DNA of 64,000 nucleotides from a virus (IMGVR_UViG_3300036660_000031:9148-73147), one strand, 5' to 3'; counted from the first letter of the stretch, positions 46,998-55,970 are shown. A program made the numbers and translations. The notes: generated by a model from the letters alone, not told the origin.

Positions 46998-49652
46998 TTA
47001 AGTAGGGGTCTTTGACCGCACAAAACCTTCTACACCATCACGCAAGGCAGGAGTCAGATCGCTCAAGGTATGCACCGAGTAATAAATATCGGAACCAGAG
47101 AAACCATTGCCCGGAGTACCTGCAAAGAATCCACCATTCAAAGCAAAGTCAATATTGGTTGAACTGCAAGCAGCACAAGCAGCACTAACGATTATTCCAC
47201 CATTCACTTGCAAGAATATTTCAGTGCTTGTCTGCCAAGCTTTAACCAAAACATTAATGTTAGGTGGATTAGCGTTCAATGGGGCCAAGACTTGAGAAGC
47301 AATCTGCACATTGGTAGCACCAGTACCAACACGGAAAGTTATTCTGCCTAAGTATGATTCATACTGGATAGAACGACCGTCATTGATAGTGACTTGATCT
47401 GACCAAATGAATGGGTAATCAACCAAAACTTTTGCACCTAAGCAGATGAAGAAGTTAGTTGACGCCGCACCACCCCGGTCACCACTACCACCGCCACCAC
47501 CGTTTGATGTGAATTCAGCATAAGTGTTAAGTGCTTTAAATGCACCAAGATCACGGTAGTAAGCTTCAGCGCCCGAAGCAATATAAACATTGTTTGCATT
47601 GCTAGAGCGATCAAGCCAAGTCCACACTGGATCATTTGCATTAATAACAGTACTTGGACCATTCTTTTGCAGGTAGTTCAACTGAGGATCAAACCATGCA
47701 CCATTTTGTCCACCGTTGTAGGCAAACGCATTGGTAATAGCAACTTCACCAGTATTAACCGCAGGAGGGGGAACAACTACAGTACCACCGCCAGAGAACC
47801 GGTTAATCATTGAAGTCAGGTAAGCAGGGAAAGAAGATGCAACCTTATCGTGCATAGACCAAGTAAAGAATCCACGGGTGTTTGGTTGAGCAGCTATCAA
47901 TTTGTCTACTTCACGTTCAGCTTCAGCTAAAGTCAAGCAGTCATCAAAGATGCCACGAGCATTACCATGAGACAAACCCAGAACAACTTTTGTTGGTCCC
48001 AATTCATTGATCCAGTCCACCATTTTTCGATACACATAGTCCACGCCTTTGACGTAAGCAGTGTCATAAAACTGTGGAGCCACATAGCTAAGTAAACCAG
48101 CAGCATTTAGTGCTTTAGCAACAACAAGGTCATATGGGCTATATGCATTAACGCCAATTGCATCAGGAGAAGGTGGCATTGTGACCGAGAAATTCGGACC
48201 ATAAAAATCACGCAACGTCTGACTGATATAAACCATCTCACTAGTGTTAGTGGTAACAGCAGCAGGAGTGTCTTTAGAAATTTGACGCAGATAAGCTTCA
48301 AAAGTATTCCAGTCAATACCGTCAATCTTTCCACCCAACTGAGTCACCATGTTTTTAAACGAAGTGATGAAGTTGTTTGAACGAGCACGAGTGTCAAAGT
48401 TGAAACCGTTCCAAGCACCGCCAACAGTCAAAATCACACGAACTCCACGGGCGCGAAGTGCAGCAATTTTATCGTTGGAGATAGGTGGCTCACCAGCATT
48501 AGGCATTTGGAAAGTACCGTCGCCCAAGTTATCCCGTTGGTTCGGAATAGAAGGAGTACCAGCAGGCTGCATGTTAAACAAATAAACCGTGTTTACTTGA
48601 GAAGGAATGTCATTAAGCGTGAATGTGAATGGGTACTCATAAACTTCATGGTACATAGCTATAACGTCAGCAGGTACAGCAATCAAACCATTTGCATCAA
48701 CTACTACGACATTGGCACTAGTACGGCTACTAACAGTAGCACCAGCGGTACTTTCAGCACCTGCACTATTTACAGCTTTAACAACCCACGTATATGCTGT
48801 ATCTGCAACAAGACCGTTAGCCACAAAGCTATTTGTAGTAATTGGGGTGCTATTAGCTTTTGTAGCATTACGATATACGTTATAGCTAACCGCATTAGTA
48901 GAAGGACTCCAATCAAGACGTGTGCTACTTGCAGTGATATTACTCAACGTAAGGTTAGTAGGTGCCAACACAGCAGCAGTAGGAGCTACAACAGCGCCTG
49001 TAGGAATGCCTTTGCGATACATGCGGCCTTTCATGATAAGCCCATCAGAAATGAATTCATAAATATCCTCTGTTTCATCAGTAATAGAAGGTTCAGGAAC
49101 AGTATTGCCTTCCCACCTGTAAGCTGAACTGAAGCCCAATGTAAATTGGCCTGCACCAGCACCACGGCGTACAGCAAGATAATAAATACCGCGTTCAAGG
49201 TTTGACGGATTCGCCATAACAGTTGAACCAGTAAGATTCAACAGTGAGTAAGAGCGAAGGTACAACGGCCAAACAACGTTAGGTGACCAAGTAAGAACTT
49301 GTTCAGTAAGAGGTATTACAGCAGCAGTACCGGCTGGACCAGCAGGACCAACTGTACCGGGAGCACCATTAGTTCCGTTAACACCAATCACACCATCAGT
49401 ACCGGGTGGACCAGATGGACCGGGAAGTCCATTGGTTCCATTAGCACCGGGTAAACCATTAGAACCGTTAGTACCATTAGCACCCGGATTACCGGGATCA
49501 CCTTTTGGTCCCTGTATACCTTGAGGACCAGCGGCACCAGCAGCAGATGCGGCAGCTAAAGCTGCATTTTTTGCAGCAACAGCAGAAGCAGTTAGGTCTG
49601 TAATGCTTTGTATAAGTCCAGCAATTTGAGCATTAGTAGCGGAAGTAGCCAT
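46998..49652 (-). CDS. tail fibre/spike: collagen repeats, FN3, GH18 chitinase-like TIM barrel, C-terminal LamG-like domain
   Basis: About 22 Gly-X-Y triplets; APTNL..LDWS..YNVYRN..YTWVVKAVNSAG (FN3); RVILTVGG..DGIDWNTFE..PQFY..GFFTWS (GH18-like); SD AGGA before ATG 49652. Confidence 0.8.
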   Translation of the reverse strand: MATSATNAQIAGLIQSITDLTASAVAAKNAALAAASAAGAAGPQGIQGPKGDPGNPGANGTNGSNGLPGANGTNGLPGPSGPPGTDGVIGVNGTNGAPGTVGPAGPAGTAAVIPLTEQVLTWSPNVVWPLYLRSYSLLNLTGSTVMANPSNLERGIYYLAVRRGAGAGQFTLGFSSAYRWEGNTVPEPSITDETEDIYEFISDGLIMKGRMYRKGIPTGAVVAPTAAVLAPTNLTLSNITASSTRLDWSPSTNAVSYNVYRNATKANSTPITTNSFVANGLVADTAYTWVVKAVNSAGAESTAGATVSSRTSANVVVVDANGLIAVPADVIAMYHEVYEYPFTFTLNDIPSQVNTVYLFNMQPAGTPSIPNQRDNLGDGTFQMPNAGEPPISNDKIAALRARGVRVILTVGGAWNGFNFDTRARSNNFITSFKNMVTQLGGKIDGIDWNTFEAYLRQISKDTPAAVTTNTSEMVYISQTLRDFYGPNFSVTMPPSPDAIGVNAYSPYDLVVAKALNAAGLLSYVAPQFYDTAYVKGVDYVYRKMVDWINELGPTKVVLGLSHGNARGIFDDCLTLAEAEREVDKLIAAQPNTRGFFTWSMHDKVASSFPAYLTSMINRFSGGGTVVVPPPAVNTGEVAITNAFAYNGGQNGAWFDPQLNYLQKNGPSTVINANDPVWTWLDRSSNANNVYIASGAEAYYRDLGAFKALNTYAEFTSNGGGGGSGDRGGAASTNFFICLGAKVLVDYPFIWSDQVTINDGRSIQYESYLGRITFRVGTGATNVQIASQVLAPLNANPPNINVLVKAWQTSTEIFLQVNGGIIVSAACAACSSTNIDFALNGGFFAGTPGNGFSGSDIYYSVHTLSDLTPALRDGVEGFVRSKTPT
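49329..49530 (-). repeat. collagen-like Gly-X-Y coding repeat
   Basis: GPQGIQGPKGDPGNPGANGTNG...GPAGPAG. Confidence 0.9.
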
Positions 49653-49662
49653 GAATGTATTC

Positions 49663-50262
49663 CTATACGTTGTTAATAACAATTGTTTGAGTCTGAGCAA
49701 TAGAGGTGGCAATTTCAATGAAATGTCCTTCAAAAGTCCCTTCAATACCGATTTGAGCTAACAAGGCTGCGTCAACACTATTCTTTACAACCAGTGCTGC
49801 ATCAGTTAATGCTTGAGCTTGTCCCATAGTAGTTGCTGTAGTAGCAGCAGAAAGTTGGGCAGCACTAGCAGAAACCTGAGCAGCGTCTGCTTCTAGTCCA
49901 GCAAGACGCAGTTGTTCAGTCACAAGAGCAGGCACACCAGTAAGAGAGTTTACTAGATTTGAGACGTTAGCTTCCAGCAGTATTAGTGAAGGGACATTTG
50001 CGTTTAAAGATTGTAAAACTGTCAGGTTTAATGCTAGTGCAGTTAGTTCCGCTTTTATAGCATCTAAACGAATAATCTCAGGCAACGTCATGGAGACAGA
50101 AACAAGTTCTGCCATACGATTCGAGAGATTCTGTACATGAACCATGCGATCCGCAACATAGCGAACAACACTGTAGCCGTTGCCAATTAAACGGTCTACA
50201 TGAGGTTCATTGGTTCCATAAGCATCACCACCAGCGTTTTGAAAAACAGATTGGTATCCCAT
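49663..50262 (-). CDS. tail fibre attachment/adaptor protein (N4 gp66-like N-terminus only)
   Basis: VDRLIGNGYSVVRYV N-terminal motif, coiled coil, C-terminal IATSIAQTQTIV. Confidence 0.6.
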   Translation of the reverse strand: MGYQSVFQNAGGDAYGTNEPHVDRLIGNGYSVVRYVADRMVHVQNLSNRMAELVSVSMTLPEIIRLDAIKAELTALALNLTVLQSLNANVPSLILLEANVSNLVNSLTGVPALVTEQLRLAGLEADAAQVSASAAQLSAATTATTMGQAQALTDAALVVKNSVDAALLAQIGIEGTFEGHFIEIATSIAQTQTIVINNV

Positions 50263-50263
50263 T

Positions 50264-50971
50264 TTATATCCAGCCTCTTAGTTTAAAGCGTGTGTTATCT
50301 TCACTGATACTTTGATTGAGTACGTCTGTTTCTACAATTTCATTGCAGATAGTATCAAAACGAACCATGTGACCTTGCCCAATTGCTTGAGCTTCAGCCG
50401 TATTCATATTTGAATAGACACTGCTTGCAATGAATGCAGTCAAAGCACCGTGAAGGGAATCAGGTAATTCAATGTATTTGTGCCCACCTTCTTTAAGTTC
50501 CAGTAAGGGGTGACTTGCTTGATAAGCCACTGATAACACTTCATTGAACTGAGGGTTGTTAACCTGAATCAGTCGGATGGATGGTGTATTTACAGACCAG
50601 ATGTTATTGTTGACATTAAGGGGACGTTCTCTACCCCAGGAATTATGCACCGATGTGACTTTAAGTACATCACCCATAAACCTATCGCTAGATAAGTCAC
50701 GGATGTAGGCAAAATCAGCAACAGTAGGATCATAACCAGAAGCGGAGAATTCAGGTCGCAAATGGTAGAAAGTTAAACCCTCAACCAGTTCGATAATGCA
50801 GTCTTTTTCTTTGAGGGTGTACTTGGTGTACAAGCGTTTAAGTCCTTCATTACAAAAGTAGACAACCTGTGGTTGTTTACTCTCATCAATAGTACCTACT
50901 TCCACTTGTGCCATGTGGTGATTCGATAACTCGCCATAAGCGAGCATCGAAAAGAGATCATTAAGAAGCAT
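50264..50971 (-). CDS. tail/head-tail connector protein, N4 gp67-like
   Basis: LAYGELSN, NEGLKRLYTKY.LKE, KFKLRGW-type C-terminal end (TRFKLRGWI). Confidence 0.8.
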   Translation of the reverse strand: MLLNDLFSMLAYGELSNHHMAQVEVGTIDESKQPQVVYFCNEGLKRLYTKYTLKEKDCIIELVEGLTFYHLRPEFSASGYDPTVADFAYIRDLSSDRFMGDVLKVTSVHNSWGRERPLNVNNNIWSVNTPSIRLIQVNNPQFNEVLSVAYQASHPLLELKEGGHKYIELPDSLHGALTAFIASSVYSNMNTAEAQAIGQGHMVRFDTICNEIVETDVLNQSISEDNTRFKLRGWI

Positions 50972-50982
50972 AAATTGAATCC

Positions 50983-52575
50983 TTAAACAATATAGGAGGC
51001 AAGCCCACTAAGACCTTCAGCCTCTTGTTGTTCTTCCCAGATACCATTCTCATCAGGAGTAATGGGGGCAGATTCAGAAGGTTTCCAAGGGGTCATTGAA
51101 GCAAGTTGAGAGATTGTGTCAATACAGTCATCTTTACCCTTTATGCCGGACTTGGTGACTAGTCGTAATTGTCCCATGAAGATACCCATGATAACGCTAC
51201 GTTTCATTTCTTCGGGGAAATACATCTTGCCAAGCTTAAATAAAGGCAGAACCAAACCAAACCTAGTGAGCTTATCCGACATAGAACGTAAGCCCGGATT
51301 GCCACTACGCTCATTCGATGCCAGATTAAAGAACGTATTCTTGGTCATCATCTCTGACTGAATCCACTTAATGAATGCTTGCTGTTGTCCAGAGACTTCA
51401 ATACCAACAGACTGAGGTTTGTATTGTTGAACCAAACGAAACAGATCATTCAAGGATTTATCCATAGTCTGACGTTCGCATACACCGTCAACCCAGAACC
51501 AATCACCATTAGAATTGTAAGCCCAGACACTGATCACTGAGAAGTCAGCAGTTTGTTTAGCTGAAGTAGCGAAGTCAGTTGTGATATAAAAGTTGAAAGT
51601 ACTTTTCTTAGCCAACAACTTGGCACGCTCATACCAGCGAATTTCGCCTTCTTGTACTAGACGTTCTTCTTCAGAAGAAATCCTAAGCATCAACTCTTGA
51701 AAGAATCCAGCTTCCTTGCCTGTCTTAACTGCCATGTCATATTGAGCAGCCACATAGTCAAAAGTAAACCGATCTTCCCAAGCACCTACAAACTCTTCTC
51801 GTGTGCAGGGGAATCGTTCACATACCGGCCAAACGTTAACGTCCCAAGCTCCAGATTCAACAGCCTCAATCAGAATGTCTTCCTTGCTAAAAGGAGTTCC
51901 GTTAAAGATTACCTTTCTTCGGGTTGGGTCCATTGCATGATTCACCCCCTTATATACAGTGTCCTTGATAGATTCCATAGCAACCTTTGACTTAGAGTCA
52001 TCATCGCTAACCAGATCATCCAAGATGCATAGAGTAGGTCGCTTACCAAAAATCTTAGTTCCCCGTAATCCTGTCTTGGCTCCAAACATCTTTACACCCA
52101 ACATCATGCCATCTCTGTTCTGAAACTCCAGATAGTTATCAGTGAACTTGGCTGTAGGTATCCAGTACTGAAGGAACTCACTATTGTTGTAGCGGAACTC
52201 AATGTTCTTTCGTGCAGACTTAACACCGTTCTCCATTGAGTCTGATACATAGATCATCCCGCTTACTCTACCGAAGTTAGGCAAGTAACCGAACTGAGCT
52301 ACAAACAATGTTAAGTACTCCATGAACAGAGTAGTCTTTGCTGCACCACGGAAACAAAGATTAGCAATGTAGTCACTGACTCCTTGTGCAACTTTGTCCA
52401 GCATAGCTAGATGTACTGGTGGAGTCTTGTGAGACTCTCCTTGCCCACCATTAACTAACTTGATCCAGTTCATAAAGATCAAAGAGAACTCACTCGGCAT
52501 ATAAGTAGGACTATTTAAGATAGTGTAGTCAACACTATCTAGCCATTGATCAATCTCTTGTTTAATTAACGTCAT
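50983..52575 (-). CDS. terL: terminase large subunit (N4 gp68-like)
   Basis: CFRGAAKTT, GAKTGLRG, ILDDL, FNGTPF, YITTDFATS, DDCIDTISQL. Confidence 0.95.
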   Translation of the reverse strand: MTLIKQEIDQWLDSVDYTILNSPTYMPSEFSLIFMNWIKLVNGGQGESHKTPPVHLAMLDKVAQGVSDYIANLCFRGAAKTTLFMEYLTLFVAQFGYLPNFGRVSGMIYVSDSMENGVKSARKNIEFRYNNSEFLQYWIPTAKFTDNYLEFQNRDGMMLGVKMFGAKTGLRGTKIFGKRPTLCILDDLVSDDDSKSKVAMESIKDTVYKGVNHAMDPTRRKVIFNGTPFSKEDILIEAVESGAWDVNVWPVCERFPCTREEFVGAWEDRFTFDYVAAQYDMAVKTGKEAGFFQELMLRISSEEERLVQEGEIRWYERAKLLAKKSTFNFYITTDFATSAKQTADFSVISVWAYNSNGDWFWVDGVCERQTMDKSLNDLFRLVQQYKPQSVGIEVSGQQQAFIKWIQSEMMTKNTFFNLASNERSGNPGLRSMSDKLTRFGLVLPLFKLGKMYFPEEMKRSVIMGIFMGQLRLVTKSGIKGKDDCIDTISQLASMTPWKPSESAPITPDENGIWEEQQEAEGLSGLASYIV

Positions 52576-53248
52576 TCTTTACTTCCACATCAATGATGAT
52601 TTGTGAAGCAATCTCTTTAGCAGTTGATCCTTCACGAATCATTTCTTGCTGTTGCTGTGCCATACGCACCAAGAGTTCACGCATTTCTTTAACACCTGAA
52701 GTGTCACGCATGTCTACATTGATAAGTGGGCCTGCTTCCTTTGGCTTTGCCAAGTGAGTCATCAGACTATTAGCTGCATCACTACGAACCTTGGGGCTAA
52801 CCATATGATCACGCATGATAGTAGCTTGAGTATTGATAGCTTCTTGGAATATGTCTTGGTTCAGAACCCATGATGGAACCAGAGTCTGTTCCATGATCTT
52901 GTTGACTAACTTGTTCTTGCTATAGGCATGAACATAAGCACTGACATCTTTCATCGGTGTACCTTGAGCCATGAGCTTCTGGTATCGCTGAGGGAAAGTT
53001 TTAATGTAGGCGTCTTGGTTGCTGCACTTCATTAGTTTGTAGCTGACGTACTTCACAGCATTCAAATAGTCTTCTGTCTTGTACTTACCTTCAGACAACA
53101 CGCCTGTATAGCCCAAGAAGTTTTCCCTAATCAGTTCAGCTTCCTCTTGATTAGTACTGACAGAGTTAAGTTGATCAGCCAGTGTTTGTGTTGCGCTACT
53201 TCTTAAATTAGATGGAAGTGTCTTTGATAAGAGTTCTACAGTGAACAT
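52562..53248 (-). CDS. N4 gp69-like protein (probable small terminase/DNA-packaging protein)
   Basis: YLNAVKYVSYKLM, YIKTFPQRY, NKLVNKIMEQT, SPKVRSDAANSLMTHL. Confidence 0.8.
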   Translation of the reverse strand: MFTVELLSKTLPSNLRSSATQTLADQLNSVSTNQEEAELIRENFLGYTGVLSEGKYKTEDYLNAVKYVSYKLMKCSNQDAYIKTFPQRYQKLMAQGTPMKDVSAYVHAYSKNKLVNKIMEQTLVPSWVLNQDIFQEAINTQATIMRDHMVSPKVRSDAANSLMTHLAKPKEAGPLINVDMRDTSGVKEMRELLVRMAQQQQEMIREGSTAKEIASQIIIDVEVKNDVN

Positions 53249-53259
53249 GACTTGATTCC

Positions 53260-53511
53260 TTAGATATTTGTTTGCGTACCGGACCGGCGAATTCTCACGC
53301 CAAGAATCCATGAGTAGCTTTCCATGTGGTAAAGCTGTTCCCGTAACGATGCTTGCTCGATTGGTTCCAGAGTCTCTACAAGTTTAGAACCAAGGAATAA
53401 ACGCAGGGCTGTAGTCTTCTTATCAAGTTCTCCACGTTCATCAATCACGCGGTGTACCCAAGATTGTTTGTTTTGGTTTGTGTCTGGTGAGGTTGACATG
53501 GGTTTACTCAT
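53260..53511 (-). CDS. small conserved phage protein (crAss001_48-like)
   Basis: RVIDERGELDKK..AL..FL...EQASLREQL..M..YS.IL..RI pattern. Confidence 0.6.
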   Translation of the reverse strand: MSKPMSTSPDTNQNKQSWVHRVIDERGELDKKTTALRLFLGSKLVETLEPIEQASLREQLYHMESYSWILGVRIRRSGTQTNI

Positions 53512-53821
53512 GGTGGGTGAATTAGGCTTATACTTTAACCTACCTTTCACTCCCCTGTTCAAATCTCCCTTAGCACTAAGAGAAAGAGATGGGGATTCCT
53601 ATGTCTGCTGGTGTTATACACCATCAAACTAAAAAGGGATTCCCATAACACCCATCCTTGATATAGAATTCAATTCGGCTGGGTGAACCCGTAAGCAGTA
53701 AGTGGGGTTGGCATGAAAACCACTGCAATCAGAGACTGCGATCTCCTCACATTCCTAACAATGTGCTAGTAGTTGATCTGATAGTTTAGACAAGTAATCT
53801 TCAACACTTGTCACTGTGTAG

Positions 53822-53862
53822 AGGGGAGAGTAGCTTAATTGCTTCTCTCCCCTTTTCTTTTT
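53822..53862 (+). terminator. rho-independent terminator
   Basis: AGGGGAGAG..CTCTCCCCT stem followed by TTTCTTTTT. Confidence 0.7.
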
Positions 53863-53892
53863 AACCAACAGGATTAGGATTAGGATTCCACC

Positions 53893-54336
53893 ATGCCCAG
53901 ACTAAACGACTTCTACCAAGAAGAGTACAACACAAAGTTTGAACGTGAACACAAGCAAAACAAACGAAGCATCGCAGTCTTCAACACTGAAGGCGAAGCA
54001 CTAGGCATAGTCACTCTTTGCTTTGACACCATTGAAAGAATGTTCGCATACAGGAACATTACACTCATACTAGAAGGCCATGCCTTTGCAACTATAGCTC
54101 TGTACTGTAGTCACCTTGTATATACATACGAAGGTAGACCGAACCAGAACTACCCACAGTTACTGATGAACTGTACTGGTGGTTCTCCACAAGCTATGGA
54201 GTCTATAAACTTTCTTGCTCTATCTAATATATTGAACCAACACATACACATGGGACTTAAAGAGTTCCATATGCGTATAGACACTCCACAACGCTATGAG
54301 TACAGAGAGAAGGACAAGTACAGACTTACTCTGTGA
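53893..54336 (+). CDS. hypothetical protein near genome end
   Basis: 147-aa ORF with AGGA SD inside (AGGATT)x3. Confidence 0.55.
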   Translation: MPRLNDFYQEEYNTKFEREHKQNKRSIAVFNTEGEALGIVTLCFDTIERMFAYRNITLILEGHAFATIALYCSHLVYTYEGRPNQNYPQLLMNCTGGSPQAMESINFLALSNILNQHIHMGLKEFHMRIDTPQRYEYREKDKYRLTL

Positions 54337-54500
54337 TAGACAGGAAAAGTTCTAGAAAATATCTCGCAGATTTTTTGGAACTTTTTAATTTAGTCATTGC
54401 TGTGTACAGCTTTATAGTATCGGGGCTTACACGCCCCTACACATACACATACCCCCCGGTATACACACACTCCATACACGTAGGTACACCCCATGTCATT

Positions 54501-54520
54501 GCGCCTGTCGGCGCTCATGG
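54501..54520 (+). promoter_or_regulatory. vRNAP hairpin promoter P1-like (4-nt loop)
   Basis: Template strand 5'-CC ATGA GCGCC GACA GGCGC-3', same layout as N4 early promoters; upstream of gp1. Confidence 0.75.
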
Positions 54521-54553
54521 CACTATCGCCTCGTATTAACTGGAGTTACCCTC

Positions 54554-54865
54554 ATGTCCACATCACGCTTCACCCTTGGTTCCATACTTACTACAGTATC
54601 AACCACTGCTAACACCCTCACGTCTACCATCAGTAGCGTAGGTAAGGGTGCAGAGATGCTCAATGCTTTCGTAGAAAAGCAAGCTAAAGAGCAAGCATAT
54701 CGCTATGACTTAGAACATAAAGTCTTTCAAGAGACTACTAAGGTAGAACTAGCAGATCAATTAGCTACATCAGCTAAAACAATTGATGCTAAGAAACACA
54801 AAGATCCTGCTTATGCAGCTTCCTTTGATCACTTCTATTCCCTTCTTGATACAAAACAAGAATAA
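54554..54865 (+). CDS. N4 gp1-like early protein (RNAP II cofactor)
   Basis: TLGSILTTVSTTAN..GAEMLNAFV; first gene after P1. Confidence 0.7.
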   Translation: MSTSRFTLGSILTTVSTTANTLTSTISSVGKGAEMLNAFVEKQAKEQAYRYDLEHKVFQETTKVELADQLATSAKTIDAKKHKDPAYAASFDHFYSLLDTKQE

Positions 54866-54869
54866 GACT

Positions 54870-54889
54870 AAAGGCCATTCGGCCTTTTT
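54870..54889 (+). terminator. terminator after gp1
   Basis: AAAGGCC-ATTC-GGCCTTTTT. Confidence 0.7.
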
Positions 54890-54961
54890 AATTTAGATAG
54901 AGAGATAACAAATCTCTATTTAAAAATCCTACTTTTAAAAAAAGTTAAAAGTAAAATCTCT

Positions 54962-55010
54962 CAAAAACAAATCTGTCTTTTGAGATTGTTCAAAACCAAA
55001 TCTGTCTTTT
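54962..55010 (+). repeat. two 20-bp direct repeats in an AT-rich spacer
   Basis: CAAAAACAAATCTGTCTTTT (54962) and CAAAACCAAATCTGTCTTTT (54991). Confidence 0.75.
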
Positions 55011-55033
55011 AAACATTTCACCGGAGAAATATC

Positions 55034-55147
55034 ATGCTCGTACTAGAAATTTACTACAGTCGTTTACTCCACGTATTACTGGCATACACAGTAATCTTCG
55101 GTGGAGTAGCAATTCTGTACTCGTTATTCAACTATTTAGTTGTTTAA
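55034..55147 (+). CDS. small membrane peptide (37 aa)
   Basis: SD GGAG; MLVLEIYYSRLLHVLLAYTVIFGGVAILYSLFNYLVV. Confidence 0.5.
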   Translation: MLVLEIYYSRLLHVLLAYTVIFGGVAILYSLFNYLVV

Positions 55148-55166
55148 CAAACCCTCGTAAAAGATA

Positions 55167-55186
55167 GCGCCTGACGGCGCTTTTGG
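55167..55186 (+). promoter_or_regulatory. vRNAP hairpin promoter P2-like (4-nt loop)
   Basis: Template strand 5'-CC AAAA GCGCC GTCA GGCGC-3'; upstream of gp2. Confidence 0.75.
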
Positions 55187-55224
55187 GCAAATTCGCCCTG
55201 TTAGTTTTAACTGGAGTATTTCTC

Positions 55225-55635
55225 ATGTCCAACCAAATCGACATCTCTAAACAAGTTTTCGGTGCCAAGTCTTCTGCTCCTGCAAGTAAGGCTGACCGTC
55301 CTAAAGCTCAACTTTGGATCAACCTTGGTTATTCTGTTGAAGTAGAAGATACCGAAGGCAACAAAGACATTCGCTTCATCAATCTGCCAATGGGCTTGCC
55401 CTTGGATACGATGGAAGAAGTCGCTACCAATAGCAGCAATCAAACCTTCGCAGCTATGCAAGTAGCTAAGAATGATTTGCTCAAGCAACTCGTTGCAGCC
55501 GGTGCTGATCTCAAGCCCGGCGAAGAGCGTATCGTTAAGCTTGAAGTTCAGTTGCGTCGTGTCAACGATGCTGGCAGTAATGCAGCTCTTGCTGATCCGA
55601 ACGTTAATCCGTTCCTGCGTAAACAGACCTTCTAA
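55225..55635 (+). CDS. N4 gp2-like ssDNA-binding RNAP II activator
   Basis: RPKAQLWINLGY..FINLPMGLPLD..ARNDL-like AKNDLL..LKPGEE..LRRV. Confidence 0.85.
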   Translation: MSNQIDISKQVFGAKSSAPASKADRPKAQLWINLGYSVEVEDTEGNKDIRFINLPMGLPLDTMEEVATNSSNQTFAAMQVAKNDLLKQLVAAGADLKPGEERIVKLEVQLRRVNDAGSNAALADPNVNPFLRKQTF

Positions 55636-55641
55636 ATAATT

Positions 55642-55684
55642 GGCATCGCTACCACCTTCGGGTTAGGTAGTGGTGCCTTTTTTT
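55642..55684 (+). terminator. strong terminator after gp2
   Basis: GGCATCGCTACC/GGTAGTGGTGCC stem capped by ACC-TTCG-GGT, followed by T7. Confidence 0.85.
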
Positions 55685-55712
55685 ATCTCAACAATTCATT
55701 GGAGAATCAACC

Positions 55713-55799
55713 ATGTCCGTCACTGACCGTATCGCTATCATTTCAATGTTCATTACCAGTTCTATGATCAGCATAACAGCCATCATTAGACTTATCTAA
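55713..55799 (+). CDS. small hydrophobic peptide (28 aa)
   Basis: SD GGAG; MSVTDRIAIISMFITSSMISITAIIRLI. Confidence 0.4.
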   Translation: MSVTDRIAIISMFITSSMISITAIIRLI

Positions 55800-55970
55800 A
55801 GCTGTGAGCAGTCCTATCAAGGGCTAGCTCACACTGCTTTTTAAGTTAAAGATGGACTAACTTAGTTCTACTTAGTTAAACTCAGTAAAGTAGAAAATGA
55901 AAGACTATAAGTCTACTTATTCAACTTTACTACGATAGACACCTATAAGACTATCAGTACTTTGGCTATT

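Noticed and set aside
21440-52000. Many 60-200 aa plus-strand ORFs opposite late genes
   Set aside because: Antisense shadows of long minus-strand genes, with no motifs or SDs.
53870-53887. (AGGATT)x3 as a functional repeat or CRISPR-like array
   Set aside because: Only three hexamers with no spacers, best explained as an SD region duplication. No repeat-spacer array was seen anywhere in the window.
54333-54539. 68-aa ORF
   Set aside because: Translates the low-complexity AC tract and the P1 promoter; no SD.
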